Of a stretch of DNA of 64,000 nt, positions 9,881-20,232 are shown piece after piece. Both the position numbers and the translations under genes were made by a program. Under the pieces are notes generated by a model, which ran no database searches, was not told where the DNA came from, and saw nothing but the letters and a program-made list of their open reading frames with translations. This stretch comes from Candidatus Spongiisociaceae bacterium (GTDB lineage Bacteria; Actinomycetota; Acidimicrobiia; Spongiisociales; Spongiisociaceae). The stretch's first letter is position 1, and the number at the start of each line of letters is the position of its first letter. The stretch spans positions 2,592,001 to 2,656,000 of the forward strand of contig OZ241841.1 in assembly GCA_965202665.1 (NCBI GenBank), given 5' to 3'.

Positions 9881-10375
9881 ATGACCGCGGGGGAGTATTT
9901 GACGTTGGCGATGCAAGGCTTGCTGACCGTGGACACCATCCTGGCAGTGGGGGTGGTGGCCTGGTTGCAGTTGGAGCAGATCAGGGTGGCGGCCGTCCAT
10001 CCATCGCGCCGCATCTGGGCGGAGGTGAAATGGTGCGTGCTATGGCTGATCGCGACGGCGGTCGGAGCGCCGTTGCTGGTGCTCATCGCCTGGAGGCCGG
10101 TGGAGGTCTTGTTTCTGGCGGCGGTTCCGGGCGGAATACCCGGATGGTTGTCATGGCTGTTGGTAGCCGCCATACCCTGCGCCGTAGTGGGCGGGGCCCT
10201 GCATAGGGGCGACCGTTTGTGGAGAGAGGTGCTACAGGTTCGGCACGAGGCGGGCTTCGGCGGAGTAATCACTGTCAACATCTCGTCGGGTGACGATGAT
10301 TCAAAAGTGGAATACCCTTCGTCGGATGATCCTCGGTCTTATAACTCCCCATCGTCTGCTAGCATGGAAAAATGA
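9881..10375 (+). CDS. Hypothetical 3-TM membrane protein with acidic tail
   Basis: SD GGAGG, three hydrophobic segments, 'SSGDDDSK...SSDD' tail. Same layout as 7984-8571. Confidence 0.65.
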   Translation: MTAGEYLTLAMQGLLTVDTILAVGVVAWLQLEQIRVAAVHPSRRIWAEVKWCVLWLIATAVGAPLLVLIAWRPVEVLFLAAVPGGIPGWLSWLLVAAIPCAVVGGALHRGDRLWREVLQVRHEAGFGGVITVNISSGDDDSKVEYPSSDDPRSYNSPSSASMEK

Positions 10376-10593
10376 TCGAAACGAAGGATAGGATTTTTTA
10401 TTTGACCGCCTGCACTAACTGCGGGGTGGCGGTTTCCCACGCACGGGTGCCGGACGACCCCGAGTGGGCCAACGCCAAGGCGTTCTGCCCCGAATGTAGT
10501 GCCGATCGCCGCCCCGTTCCCAGCGACGACGGGGCATCGAGCAACGGAATGCCCAAAAACCTCTCCGAACCAGAGCGGGTTCCCGTCGGGTAG
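10372..10593 (+). CDS. Small zinc-ribbon-like protein
   Basis: CTNC...CPEC pair. ATGA overlap with the upstream gene. Confidence 0.5.
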   Translation: MIETKDRIFYLTACTNCGVAVSHARVPDDPEWANAKAFCPECSADRRPVPSDDGASSNGMPKNLSEPERVPVG

Positions 10594-10643
10594 GTCCCGT
10601 ATCGCCCGGGGGACGTACATACGTGGGTTCTCCTTTCTAATTC

Positions 10644-10665
10644 TGTCGCACCGGTGTGGTAGAAA
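10644..10665 (+). promoter_or_regulatory. Imperfect PafBC-like promoter upstream of the SNF2 gene
   Basis: TGTCGC-accggtgtgg-TAGAAA has the TGTCG core, N10 spacing and TA. The final T is missing. Confidence 0.4.
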
Positions 10666-10685
10666 TATGGTTATGGGATGTTCCT

Positions 10686-13600
10686 ATGCTGCTTAGCGAG
10701 ATCAAGCCGGGTATGCGGTTGGCGGGGGTGCGGGCCGACGGGCCGGTGGAGGTGGTGGCCTTCGATTTGATCGACGACCGGATGGGGACGCTGGTTTACC
10801 GGGCCTTTGACGACGCATTGGGGCAACGGCTGGTGTCCGCTGAGGACGCCCTCCGGTTTTCAGAAGCCTCCGACCGGCGGTGGACGTTCGACGCCGACGG
10901 CGACCTGTTCCGGCTGGCCTCCGAGGCGCGGCGCATCGGGCTGGCCCACCTGTTCGACCCGTTCGCCGCCGTGGACGCCTCCGGCATCGACCCGTTGCCC
11001 CACCAGATCGAGGCCGTCTACCAGAAACTGCTGCCCCTCCAGCCTCTGGCTTTTCTGCTGGCCGACGATCCGGGGGCCGGCAAAACCATCATGTCCGGCC
11101 TTTACATCCGGGAGTTGATGTTGCGGGGCGCCCTGTTCCGTTGCCTGGTGGTGGCCCCCGGTTCGCTGGTGGAGCAGTGGCAGGAGGAGTTGCACGACAA
11201 GTTCAACCTGCGTTTTGAGATTTTCACCCGGGAGATGGTGGAGGCGACCCTCTCCGCCAACCCGTTCCTGGAAAAAGACCTGCTCATCGCCCGCTTGGAC
11301 CAGTTGGCCCGCAACGAGGACCTGCAGGCGAAACTGGAACAGGCCTCGCAGAGCAAAGAATGGGATCTGGTGATAGTGGACGAAGCCCACAAAATGTCCG
11401 CCCACCAGTACGGACCGGACCTGAGAAAGACCAAGCGGTTCCAGTTGGGGGAAAAACTGCGGGATCAGGCCCGCAACCTGCTGTTGCTCACCGCCACCCC
11501 CCACAACGGCAAAGACGAGGATTTCTTCGCTTTTATGACCTTGCTGGACCCGGACCGGTTCGCGGGCCGCCGCCGTCCCAACAGCCCCCCGCCGGAATAC
11601 GATGATCTTCTAAGCCGCAACAGCAAAGAGAAACTGCTCACCTTCGACGGGAAAAAGCTGTTCCCGGAGCGCCGGGCGGAAACCCTGGCCTACGACCTAA
11701 GCGACCCGGAGCAAAAACTTTACGAAGAGGTTACCGATTATGTCCGCCACGGAATGAACCGGGCCGACCAGCTCCGGGAGCAGAACGACCGCCGGGGGTT
11801 CGTCATCGGCTTCGCCCTGGTCGGCCTGCAACGGCGTCTGGCATCCTCCCCGGAGGCCATCTACCAGTCGCTTCGCAGGCGCCGGGAGCGCGTGGAGAAA
11901 AGGCTGGCGGAAATCCGCAACCCGTCCGTCCGGGAGGAGGCTCGTCCTCCCCAGCCCCGCCTCGGCCTGAACAGGTTGCCGGACAGCCTGGAAGAGTTCG
12001 ACCCGGACGAATTCGACGAGGACGACTTTGAGCGATGGGAGAACCAAGGGGTGGAGGAAGCGGCGGTCGATTTGGCCGACCCGGAAGAGCTGGAAAAAGA
12101 GATAAGGCAACTGAGAGGGTTGGAAGATATGGCCAACCGGGTGCGAAAATCGGGCAAGGACAGCAAATGGAACCAGCTGGCCGACTTTCTGGATTCGGAG
12201 GATTTCAAAGGCGGCGACCCGCCCCGCAAACTGATCGTGTTCACCGAACATAAAGACACCCTCCATTACCTGACCGCGAAAATTCAAACCAGGCTGGGCC
12301 GGACGGAGGCGGTGGAAAACATCCACGGCGGGATGAAACGGGAGGATCGCCGCCGCGTCCAAGACCGCTTCCGCAACGACCCGCGGGCGAGGGTGCTGGT
12401 GGCCACCGACGCCGCCGGGGAAGGCGTGAACCTGCAACGGGCCAACCTGATGGTCAACTACGACCTGCCTTGGAACCCGAACCGGATCGAGCAACGCTTC
12501 GGGCGCATCCACCGCATCGGCCAGACCGAAGTGTGCCATCTGTGGAACCTGGTGGCCCTTTCCACCCGGGAAGGCCAAGTGTTCGAACGGCTTTTGCAGA
12601 AGTTGGAGAACCAACGGGAGGCTTTGGGCGACGAAGTGTACGACGTGTTGGGCGACCCGCAGATCAACCAGTCCCTTCAAAAAGCCCTGTTGGATGCGAT
12701 ACGCTACGGCGCCCAACCGCATGTCAAGGCGCAAATCGAGATGGTGGTCGACGCCGAAATCGGGGACCGGGTTAAAGAACTGGTGCAACAGCGGGCGTTG
12801 GCGGGGGAGGTGATGTCGGCCGCCGAACTGGAGGAGATACGCCAGCAGATGGAACTGGCCAAAGCCCGCAAACTGTCCCCCGGCTTCGTGCAGTCGTTCT
12901 TCGCCGAAGGTTTGGATCGGATGAAGGGGAGAATGGCGGGCCGGGATCGGGGCCGGTTTGAAATCACTCGCGTTCCCGCCCGGTTGCGCCTCCAACATCA
13001 GGCGAAAGGCCCCATCCACGACCGCTACGAACGGGTGACTTTCGACAAGGATTTGGTGGAAGGCGAAGCCGGAAAACCGCGGGCCGAATTGATCGCCCCC
13101 GGCCATCCGTTGCTGGCCGCCCTGATGGAAGAAGTTTTGGGCGAGTACGGCCATATGCTGGCGGCGGGGGCGACGCTGGTGGACGAATCCGATCCCGGCG
13201 TCGAACCCCGGACGCTCATCTACCTGGATCATAAAATCACCGACGGGCGGTTCGACTCCCGCGGCCATCCGGAGACGGCTTCCCGCAAATTCCAATATGC
13301 GGAAGTGGACCGCAACGGGAATGTCAGCGACCCCACCGCCGAGCCCTATCTAAACTATCGGGCGCTGACCGGAGAGGAGCCGGAGCTGGTGGCGGCGCAA
13401 GTGGATCATTCCTGGGCGGATGCGGAGGTAGAACGGGTGGCCAAAAATTGGGCGATCGCCAACCTGGCTACACCGCATCTGAAGCAGACTTCGAAGTTGA
13501 CAAAGGCGCGGGTGGATCGGGTGCGGCGGGCGGTGAAGCAGCGGCTCAATTCGGAAATAAGATTCTGGGACCGCCAGGCCAGCAAATTTAAGGAGCAGGA

Positions 13601-14195
13601 ACTGCGGGGGAAGAAACCAAAACGCACTTCCGGCTACGCCCGGCAACGGGCCGACGAGTTGGCGGGCCGCCGGGACAACCGGTTGCGGGAACTGGAGGCG
13701 GAGGCCGAACTGGTCAATCATCCGCCGACGGTGGCAGCGGCAGCCCTGGTGATACCGCAGGGCCTGTTGGACGAGTTGAACGGGACGCAGCCGTCTTTGA
13801 CTCCGGGGGAGACGGAGGAAACCGACCGCCGGGCGGTGGCGGCGGTGCTGGCGGCGGAACGCCGGTTGGGGAGGGAGCCGCAGGAAATGGAGCACAACAA
13901 TCCGGGATTCGACATTATGTCCCGCGCTCCGGACGGGTTCTGCTTCTACATCGAGGTGAAAGGCCACAAACCGACCACCCCGGAAATCAAAGTAAGCAAA
14001 GTGCAGGTGCAACAAGGCCAGCACCACCCGGACCGGTTCCGCCTAGCGGTAGTGGAAGTGCCGGAGGACCCGGAGGGCGAACCGAAAGTGTCCTACCTGC
14101 TAAAGCCGTTCGACGGCTACGACCTCCATTTCGCCCAAGCCAGCCTCCCCCTGAAAGTATCCGACCTAATGACCCAAGCAGTAAACCCCCAATGA
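10686..14195 (+). CDS. SNF2-family helicase with C-terminal DUF3883 (PD-(D/E)xK) nuclease domain
   Basis: 'LLADDPGAGKT', 'DEAH', 'LTATPH', 'GEGVNLQ', 'WNPNRIEQRFGRIHRIGQ'. C-terminal 'NPGFDI...YIEVKG'. Confidence 0.93.
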   Translation: MLLSEIKPGMRLAGVRADGPVEVVAFDLIDDRMGTLVYRAFDDALGQRLVSAEDALRFSEASDRRWTFDADGDLFRLASEARRIGLAHLFDPFAAVDASGIDPLPHQIEAVYQKLLPLQPLAFLLADDPGAGKTIMSGLYIRELMLRGALFRCLVVAPGSLVEQWQEELHDKFNLRFEIFTREMVEATLSANPFLEKDLLIARLDQLARNEDLQAKLEQASQSKEWDLVIVDEAHKMSAHQYGPDLRKTKRFQLGEKLRDQARNLLLLTATPHNGKDEDFFAFMTLLDPDRFAGRRRPNSPPPEYDDLLSRNSKEKLLTFDGKKLFPERRAETLAYDLSDPEQKLYEEVTDYVRHGMNRADQLREQNDRRGFVIGFALVGLQRRLASSPEAIYQSLRRRRERVEKRLAEIRNPSVREEARPPQPRLGLNRLPDSLEEFDPDEFDEDDFERWENQGVEEAAVDLADPEELEKEIRQLRGLEDMANRVRKSGKDSKWNQLADFLDSEDFKGGDPPRKLIVFTEHKDTLHYLTAKIQTRLGRTEAVENIHGGMKREDRRRVQDRFRNDPRARVLVATDAAGEGVNLQRANLMVNYDLPWNPNRIEQRFGRIHRIGQTEVCHLWNLVALSTREGQVFERLLQKLENQREALGDEVYDVLGDPQINQSLQKALLDAIRYGAQPHVKAQIEMVVDAEIGDRVKELVQQRALAGEVMSAAELEEIRQQMELAKARKLSPGFVQSFFAEGLDRMKGRMAGRDRGRFEITRVPARLRLQHQAKGPIHDRYERVTFDKDLVEGEAGKPRAELIAPGHPLLAALMEEVLGEYGHMLAAGATLVDESDPGVEPRTLIYLDHKITDGRFDSRGHPETASRKFQYAEVDRNGNVSDPTAEPYLNYRALTGEEPELVAAQVDHSWADAEVERVAKNWAIANLATPHLKQTSKLTKARVDRVRRAVKQRLNSEIRFWDRQASKFKEQELRGKKPKRTSGYARQRADELAGRRDNRLRELEAEAELVNHPPTVAAAALVIPQGLLDELNGTQPSLTPGETEETDRRAVAAVLAAERRLGREPQEMEHNNPGFDIMSRAPDGFCFYIEVKGHKPTTPEIKVSKVQVQQGQHHPDRFRLAVVEVPEDPEGEPKVSYLLKPFDGYDLHFAQASLPLKVSDLMTQAVNPQ

Positions 14196-16938
14196 CCGCC
14201 CCCCCCCCCCATATCACCCCAAACTCATAGAGGTAGCACTCCCGTTGGATGTCATAAGCCGGGAGTCGGTTCGGGAGAAGAGGATACGGCATGGTCATCC
14301 ATCCACGTTGCATTTGTGGTGGGCGAGACGACCCTTAGCGGCTGCCCGTGCCGTTTTGTGGGCATCTCTAGTTGACGATCCCTCTGCCCACCTTGATATT
14401 TTCCCTACCGAAAAGGAACAGGCCAAAGAAAGGAAGCGGCTATTTGGTATATTAGAAAGGCTTGTTGTATGGGAAAACCTCCAAGACGAACAGTTGTTGT
14501 TTGAAGCGCGGGTCGAAATAGAGAGGTCGTGTAATGGCGATTTACCAAATGTATTAGATCCTTTTTGCGGAGGCGGTTCTATTCCTTTGGAGGCGAGTCG
14601 TTTGGGGTTACCTGCTTATGGGGGTGATTTGAATCCTGTACCCATTCTCATTACAAAAGCTTTAGTAGAAATACCTCCTCGGTTTGCAGGCAAACCACCA
14701 ATTAATCCTGAAAGTAGGATAGGCTCAAGTTTGAAGACTTGGAAAGGCTCGCAAGGATTAGCTGATGATATTCGGTTTTATGGTGATGTGCTTAAGAAAA
14801 AGGCATGGAAAATATTAGGAAAATTATATCCGAGTGTTGCGTTGCCAAAAGAAAAGGGAGGGGGACTAGTTGAACCTATTGCTTGGTTATGGGCTAGAAC
14901 AGTTGAATCTCCTGATCTATTTTGGAAAGGGTATATACCATTGTTAAAAAATGGCATACTTCGACAGGCTCGTAAAAATAAACCAGTAATTTGGGTAGAA
15001 CCAATCATCAATAACACTACTCAAACTGTGATATATAAAGTTAGAGAAGATGGAATACCTAATGAAGTAACCGTTAGGCGATGCATAGCCACTGGCGCAC
15101 CTCTTGAATTTAGGTATCTACGTCAGCAAGGTCAAAAAGGTCTAATAAAGCAGGCAATGATAGGGGTTGTTGCTAAACAAGGCAGAGGTCGTATTTATCT
15201 GGATCCTGTGGATTTACCTGATATTCCAGAACCAGTTTGGAAACCTGATTTTCCTCTCCCTCCCAAAGCATTGGGGTTTCGAGTTCAGGGTTATGGAATG
15301 AAAAAATGGAGTGATCTATTCACAAAACGCCAATTAAACGCTCTTTCTACCTTTTCTCATTGCTTGTCAAACATAAGAACAATGTTGGAACATGACGCTA
15401 TTGAGGCAGGATTATATGATGATAAGACCCGTCTAAGGGACGGCGGTTCAGGGGTTACTGCATATGCCGACGCGATCATTACTTACTTGGCTTTTGCTAT
15501 TGATAGATGTGTAGCTCGTGGATCCTCTCTATGTATATGGCAATCTGCGAATGAGTCAATTGGACAAGTATTTGGGCGACAAGCTCTTGCTATGGTTTGG
15601 GACTTTGCCGAGAGTAATCCTTTTTCGTCTTCAACCGGTAATTGGAGCAGTAATGTGGAGTGGGTAGCAAAAGCAGTAGCGCAAGTTCCATCTATACAGG
15701 AAGGTGTGATAACAAAAGGTAACGCATTGGAAAGATTGGGGGAGGTAGAGGCACCCTTGATATGTACGGACCCTCCATATTATGATAATGTTCCCTATGC
15801 AGATTTATCGGACTTTTTTTATGTGTGGTTGCGTCACAATTTATCAGATGTATGGCCGGAAGAATGTTCGACAATACTAACTCCAAAAAAGGAAGAGTTG
15901 ATAGCAGATCCAGATCGTGCAGGATCAAAGGATGCGGCCGAGGAACATTTTGAAATGGGAATGGCATCTGTCATGTCTGAAATATCTCGAGTACATAATC
16001 CTGATTTTCCTGCTACCATTTTTTATGCATTCAAACAACAAGAAACTAAAGAAGGTGCTACTGTATCAACCGGTTGGGAAACATTTTTACAAGGGTTAGT
16101 AGATGCACAATTACAGATAACAGCCACCTGGCCAATACGTACTGAAATGCAAGGACGTTTACGGGCTACTGAATCGGCGGCATTGGCATCTTCAGTTGTG
16201 ATCGCCTGTCGTCGTCGTCAAAAAGAGGTACCGATGGAAACACGGGGTGGGTTTATATCCGCTCTTCACAATGAACTTCCTAGTGCCATTCAACTGTTGC
16301 AGGAGCAGAATATTGCCCCGGTTGATATGGCACAGTCGGCTATCGGACCGGGGATGAGAATTTTCTCTCGGTATTCCAAAGTGGTGGAGGCTGACGGGTC
16401 GTCTATGTCGGTTCATGTTGCCCTGGCTCATATCAACGAGGTGTTGGGGGAAGTGTTGTCCGAGGAGGGGGCCGAGTTGGACGCCGACAGTCAGTTTGCT
16501 CTTACCTGGTATGAGCAGTTTGGATATGAACCGGCGCCTTTTGGCGACGCTGATGTGCTAGCCAGGGCTAAGGTGACGGCTGTGTCTGGTGTAGTAGAGG
16601 CGGGAATCGCCGAGTCGCGGGGCAACAAGGTGCGGCTTCTGCGACGGGAGGAACTGGAAGATGACTGGTCGCCGGTGGAGGACAAGCGACGCACCGACTG
16701 GGAGGCAGTGCAACACTTGGTTCGTCTGCTGGACCGTTCGGAGCCAGAAGCGGCCGGTCTGCTGAGGCAGTTGGGCGATTTGGCGGATCGGGCTCGGCAG
16801 TTAGCCTATTTGCTGTATGCGGTGTGCGATAAGAAGGGCTGGTCGGAGGAGGCAGTAGCATACAATGGCCTGATCGCCGTATGGCCGGAACTTGTACGTT
16901 TGTCGGGTACCTCTGCGGCTCGGCAACAAAAGCTATAG
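14192..16938 (+). CDS. DUF1156 adenine-specific DNA methyltransferase, frameshifted at a poly-C tract after codon 2
   Basis: 'LHLWWARRPLAAAR', 'DPFCGGGSIP', 'TDPPYY'. The conserved 'KLIEVALPL' at 14221 is out of frame with the coupled ATG 14192. Confidence 0.9.
14199..14210 (+). repeat. C12 homopolymer in the methyltransferase 5' end
   Basis: ATGACCG-C12-ATATCACCCCAAACTC. C13 or C10 restores the frame. Confidence 0.9.
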
Positions 16939-16960
16939 AACTAGAAAGGGAGTAAAGCCG

Positions 16961-19900
16961 ATGGCCATCGCCAATCATGAACGTTTGCAAACCTGCCTGG
17001 TGCTCCTGCGGGACGGCCTCCGTCCCTACTGTGAGCGCACTTGGGATGGGTTCTACGGGGAAAAATGGCTGTCGGTCGTCAACGACAAGCTGAGGCATCC
17101 CGATACCAGCCCCTCCCCGGAGGATCTGTCGTTCCTGCTGAAAGGCATCAATGCCACTTGGCACGATGTGTGGAAGCATCATTTCGGCCAGGGCGAGCGC
17201 AACTGGATTTCGGAGCTGACCAGGGTTCGCAACGACCATGCCCACAACAAAACCTTTTCGGTGGACGACACCTATCGGGCTTTGGACACGATGGAACGGC
17301 TACTGGAAGCCTTCGGTGCCAGCGAACAGCAACAGAAGGTCAAGTCGCAACGCAACGACCTGATGCGACAACGTTATGAAGGACAGGCTAGGCAGGAACG
17401 TTTCAAGATCGCCCACACAGCAGGCACGCCTAAGGAGGGGTTGACCCCCTGGCGGGAAATCATCCACCCTCACGATGATGTGGCCTCCGGCAGTTTTGAG
17501 CAAGCCGAATTCGCCGCCAACTTGCATGAAGTTTGGTCCGGTTCCGCCTCCGAAGAATATCAGGACGCGAAGGCCTTCTACCGTCGCACCTATCTGACGG
17601 AGGGATTGCGCGACTTGCTGACCGGAGCGGCACGTCGCCTGGCCGGGGCTGGGGGCGACCCGGTGGTGGAGTTGCAGACCAACTTCGGGGGCGGTAAAAC
17701 CCACAGCTTGATCGCCCTCTACCACCTGGCGGGGGAGGTCGCCCCGGCCGAGCTGGCAGGAGTGGGGGAAATGTTGGCTGATGAAGGCCTTGAACTGCCG
17801 GGGGGGATAAACCGGGCGGTGTTCGTCGGCCAGTGGGAGTCGCCCGCCGACCCTTCCGTCAAGCCGGACGGGACGACGGTCAACACCATCTGGGGGGAAA
17901 TCGCTTATCAGTTGGGCGGCGCCGACGGCTATGCAATGGTGGAGGCCGATGACCTGGCCGGAACCAATCCCGGCGGGGCGAAACTGCGGGAACTGCTCCG
18001 GCGATACGGACCGGCCATCATCCTCGTCGACGAATGGGTGGCCTACGCCCGCCAGCTGCCCCAGGATCAGCAACGGAAACAGGTGCCCGCCGGAGACTTC
18101 GACACGCAGTTTACGTTCGCGATGTCCCTCACCGAAGCGGCGGCCGCGGCGGACAATGTGGTGATTCTGATTGTTCTTCCCATATCGGATATTGAAATGG
18201 GCGGCGATATGGGCCGGGAAGCGTATGAAAGGTTGCGGCTCGTGGTCGGCCGCAACGCCGCCCATTGGCAACCCGCCACGCCCGATGAAAGCTTTGAAAT
18301 CGTCCGCCGTCGACTATTCGATCCGATCCCGAATGAAAACCACCGGGCCCGCGACCGGGTTTTGGAAGCCTTTTGGAAGTCCTACAAGGATTCCAACGAT
18401 TTTCCGTCCGAGACCAAAGAGAAAACTTATTTGGAGCGGATGCGCAAGTCCTATCCGATACATCCGGAACTGTTCGACCGGCTTTTCCAGGACTGGTCGG
18501 CTTTGGATAAGTTTCAGCGCACCAGGGGGGCGTTGCGGTTGATGGCGGAAGTCGTTTCCAACCTGTGGAAAAACCAAGACCGCAACCTGCTGATCATGCC
18601 CGGCACTTTGCCGATGGACTATGCGCCGTTGGTGGCCGAGCTGAAGAAATATTTGGAAGAAGGGTGGGATCCGGTCATCAAACGGGATGTGGACGGCCCC
18701 AACGCCCTGCCGGCCCGCATCGATTTGGATAATAAGCAACTGGGGGCGTATTCGGCGACTCGGCGGGTGGCCCGCACCATATACATGGGGTCGGCTCCCT
18801 TGCCTGACGCCAACCGGGGAGTGGATGTCAAGCGGGTGGTGCTGGGATGCGCCCAGCCGGGGGAGCAACCGGGCAAGTTCACGGACGCCCTCAAATATCT
18901 TTCTAACGAGGCCGCCCATTTATATGTGGACGGCTCCCAGTACTGGTATCAGTTGCAACCCAATGTGACCCGGGTGGCGGCGGAACGGGCCGAATCCGAT
19001 TTCGATATCTACGACGCCGATGAGGAGTTGCGGCGGCGCCTGTCGCAGTCAGCTGGCCATACCCGCCGGGACATTTTCCATTCGGTGTCCGTCTTCCCGG
19101 CCGGGCCGGGAGAAGTGGATGATTCGGATGACGGGGTCAGCCTGATTATCCTCCCGCCGGAAAAAGAACATGTTCGGGGCGCTGATAACAGTTCGGCGAT
19201 AGATGCGGCCCGGGAAATTTTGGAGCAACGTTCCGCCGGGCCGCGCCAGCACCGCAACCTGCTGGCGTTTCTGGCCGCCACCGGCAAGCGGGTGGAAGAG
19301 TTGCGTTCCGCCGCCCGGCTCTTTTTGGCTTGGCGCTCCATCGATTCTGACCGCGACTCCCTTAACCTGACCCCGCATCAGCAGAAGCAGGTGGACAGCA
19401 AACTGAAAGAGACCGATCAGACGGTGGACTCCCGCATCAACCTGGCTTTCGAGCACATCCTCACTCCCCGTCAGAAGGCGGGCACCTCCGAGATCGAATG
19501 GTTGGAAAGCAAAGTTGCCGTCGCTGGGAAAGGGTCGTTGCCGGAGCGGGCGGCGAACAAACTCATAGCGGAGGAGAAACTGATTGACTCGTACAGCGGA
19601 GTGCGGGTGCGGATGGATTTGGACGGAGCGTCGCACGCCGAAGTGCCGCTGTGGGGGGAGCGGGGCGACATAACGGTGGGGGAGTTGTGGGCGGCCTACG
19701 CCAACTTCCCCTACATGCCCCGGCTGGCCAATTTCAGCGTGCTGGCCACCGCCATCAGCAACGGAACCGCCAGCATGAGCTGGGAAACCGAAACTTTCGC
19801 CTACGCCGAAGCCCACGACGAAGAGTCTGAAAACTGGCGGGGAATAGTCCGAGGAGCCCAAGTGGACAACCCCGCCCGCAGCGGCGTACTGCTACGCCCC

Positions 19901-20227
19901 GATGTAGTCCCACCCCTGGCCCCCCCGCCGCCCCCACCCCCGCCAAACGGGAACGGCCCGGTCGGTCCCCCTCCGCCTCCGCCAAATGGGCCGGTCACCC
20001 CTGATACGAAACCCACCACTTTCTATGCCGTCTTCAACCTGGACCCGGTACGAGGCATCAGCCAACTAAGCGACATTATGGAAAACGTGTCCAGTCACTT
20101 AGACGGCAAAGTAACACTAACCTTGGAACTAAGAGCCGAAAACCCAAACGGCTTCGACGACCGCACCCGTCGCACAGTAGAAGAAAACACCCAACAACTA
20201 GGCTCTCCAGACTACGATTTCGAGTAA
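16961..20227 (+). CDS. DUF499 AAA+ ATPase with N-terminal Swt1-like HEPN domain
   Basis: 'RNDHAH' (Rx4H), 'PWRE..HPH.DV..G.F.QAEFAANL', 'TNFGGGKTHSL', 'ILVDEW', 'YPIHPELF'. Pro-rich linker near the C-terminus. Confidence 0.92.
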   Translation: MAIANHERLQTCLVLLRDGLRPYCERTWDGFYGEKWLSVVNDKLRHPDTSPSPEDLSFLLKGINATWHDVWKHHFGQGERNWISELTRVRNDHAHNKTFSVDDTYRALDTMERLLEAFGASEQQQKVKSQRNDLMRQRYEGQARQERFKIAHTAGTPKEGLTPWREIIHPHDDVASGSFEQAEFAANLHEVWSGSASEEYQDAKAFYRRTYLTEGLRDLLTGAARRLAGAGGDPVVELQTNFGGGKTHSLIALYHLAGEVAPAELAGVGEMLADEGLELPGGINRAVFVGQWESPADPSVKPDGTTVNTIWGEIAYQLGGADGYAMVEADDLAGTNPGGAKLRELLRRYGPAIILVDEWVAYARQLPQDQQRKQVPAGDFDTQFTFAMSLTEAAAAADNVVILIVLPISDIEMGGDMGREAYERLRLVVGRNAAHWQPATPDESFEIVRRRLFDPIPNENHRARDRVLEAFWKSYKDSNDFPSETKEKTYLERMRKSYPIHPELFDRLFQDWSALDKFQRTRGALRLMAEVVSNLWKNQDRNLLIMPGTLPMDYAPLVAELKKYLEEGWDPVIKRDVDGPNALPARIDLDNKQLGAYSATRRVARTIYMGSAPLPDANRGVDVKRVVLGCAQPGEQPGKFTDALKYLSNEAAHLYVDGSQYWYQLQPNVTRVAAERAESDFDIYDADEELRRRLSQSAGHTRRDIFHSVSVFPAGPGEVDDSDDGVSLIILPPEKEHVRGADNSSAIDAAREILEQRSAGPRQHRNLLAFLAATGKRVEELRSAARLFLAWRSIDSDRDSLNLTPHQQKQVDSKLKETDQTVDSRINLAFEHILTPRQKAGTSEIEWLESKVAVAGKGSLPERAANKLIAEEKLIDSYSGVRVRMDLDGASHAEVPLWGERGDITVGELWAAYANFPYMPRLANFSVLATAISNGTASMSWETETFAYAEAHDEESENWRGIVRGAQVDNPARSGVLLRPDVVPPLAPPPPPPPPNGNGPVGPPPPPPNGPVTPDTKPTTFYAVFNLDPVRGISQLSDIMENVSSHLDGKVTLTLELRAENPNGFDDRTRRTVEENTQQLGSPDYDFE

Positions 20228-20232
20228 CCTCT

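Noticed and set aside
9232-10281. 349-aa minus-strand ORF
   Set aside because: Antisense to two better-supported genes that have SD sequences and paralog support.
19915-19990. C-rich run in DUF499 as a phase-variable tract
   Set aside because: Interrupted runs of 7 C or fewer that encode an in-frame poly-Pro linker.
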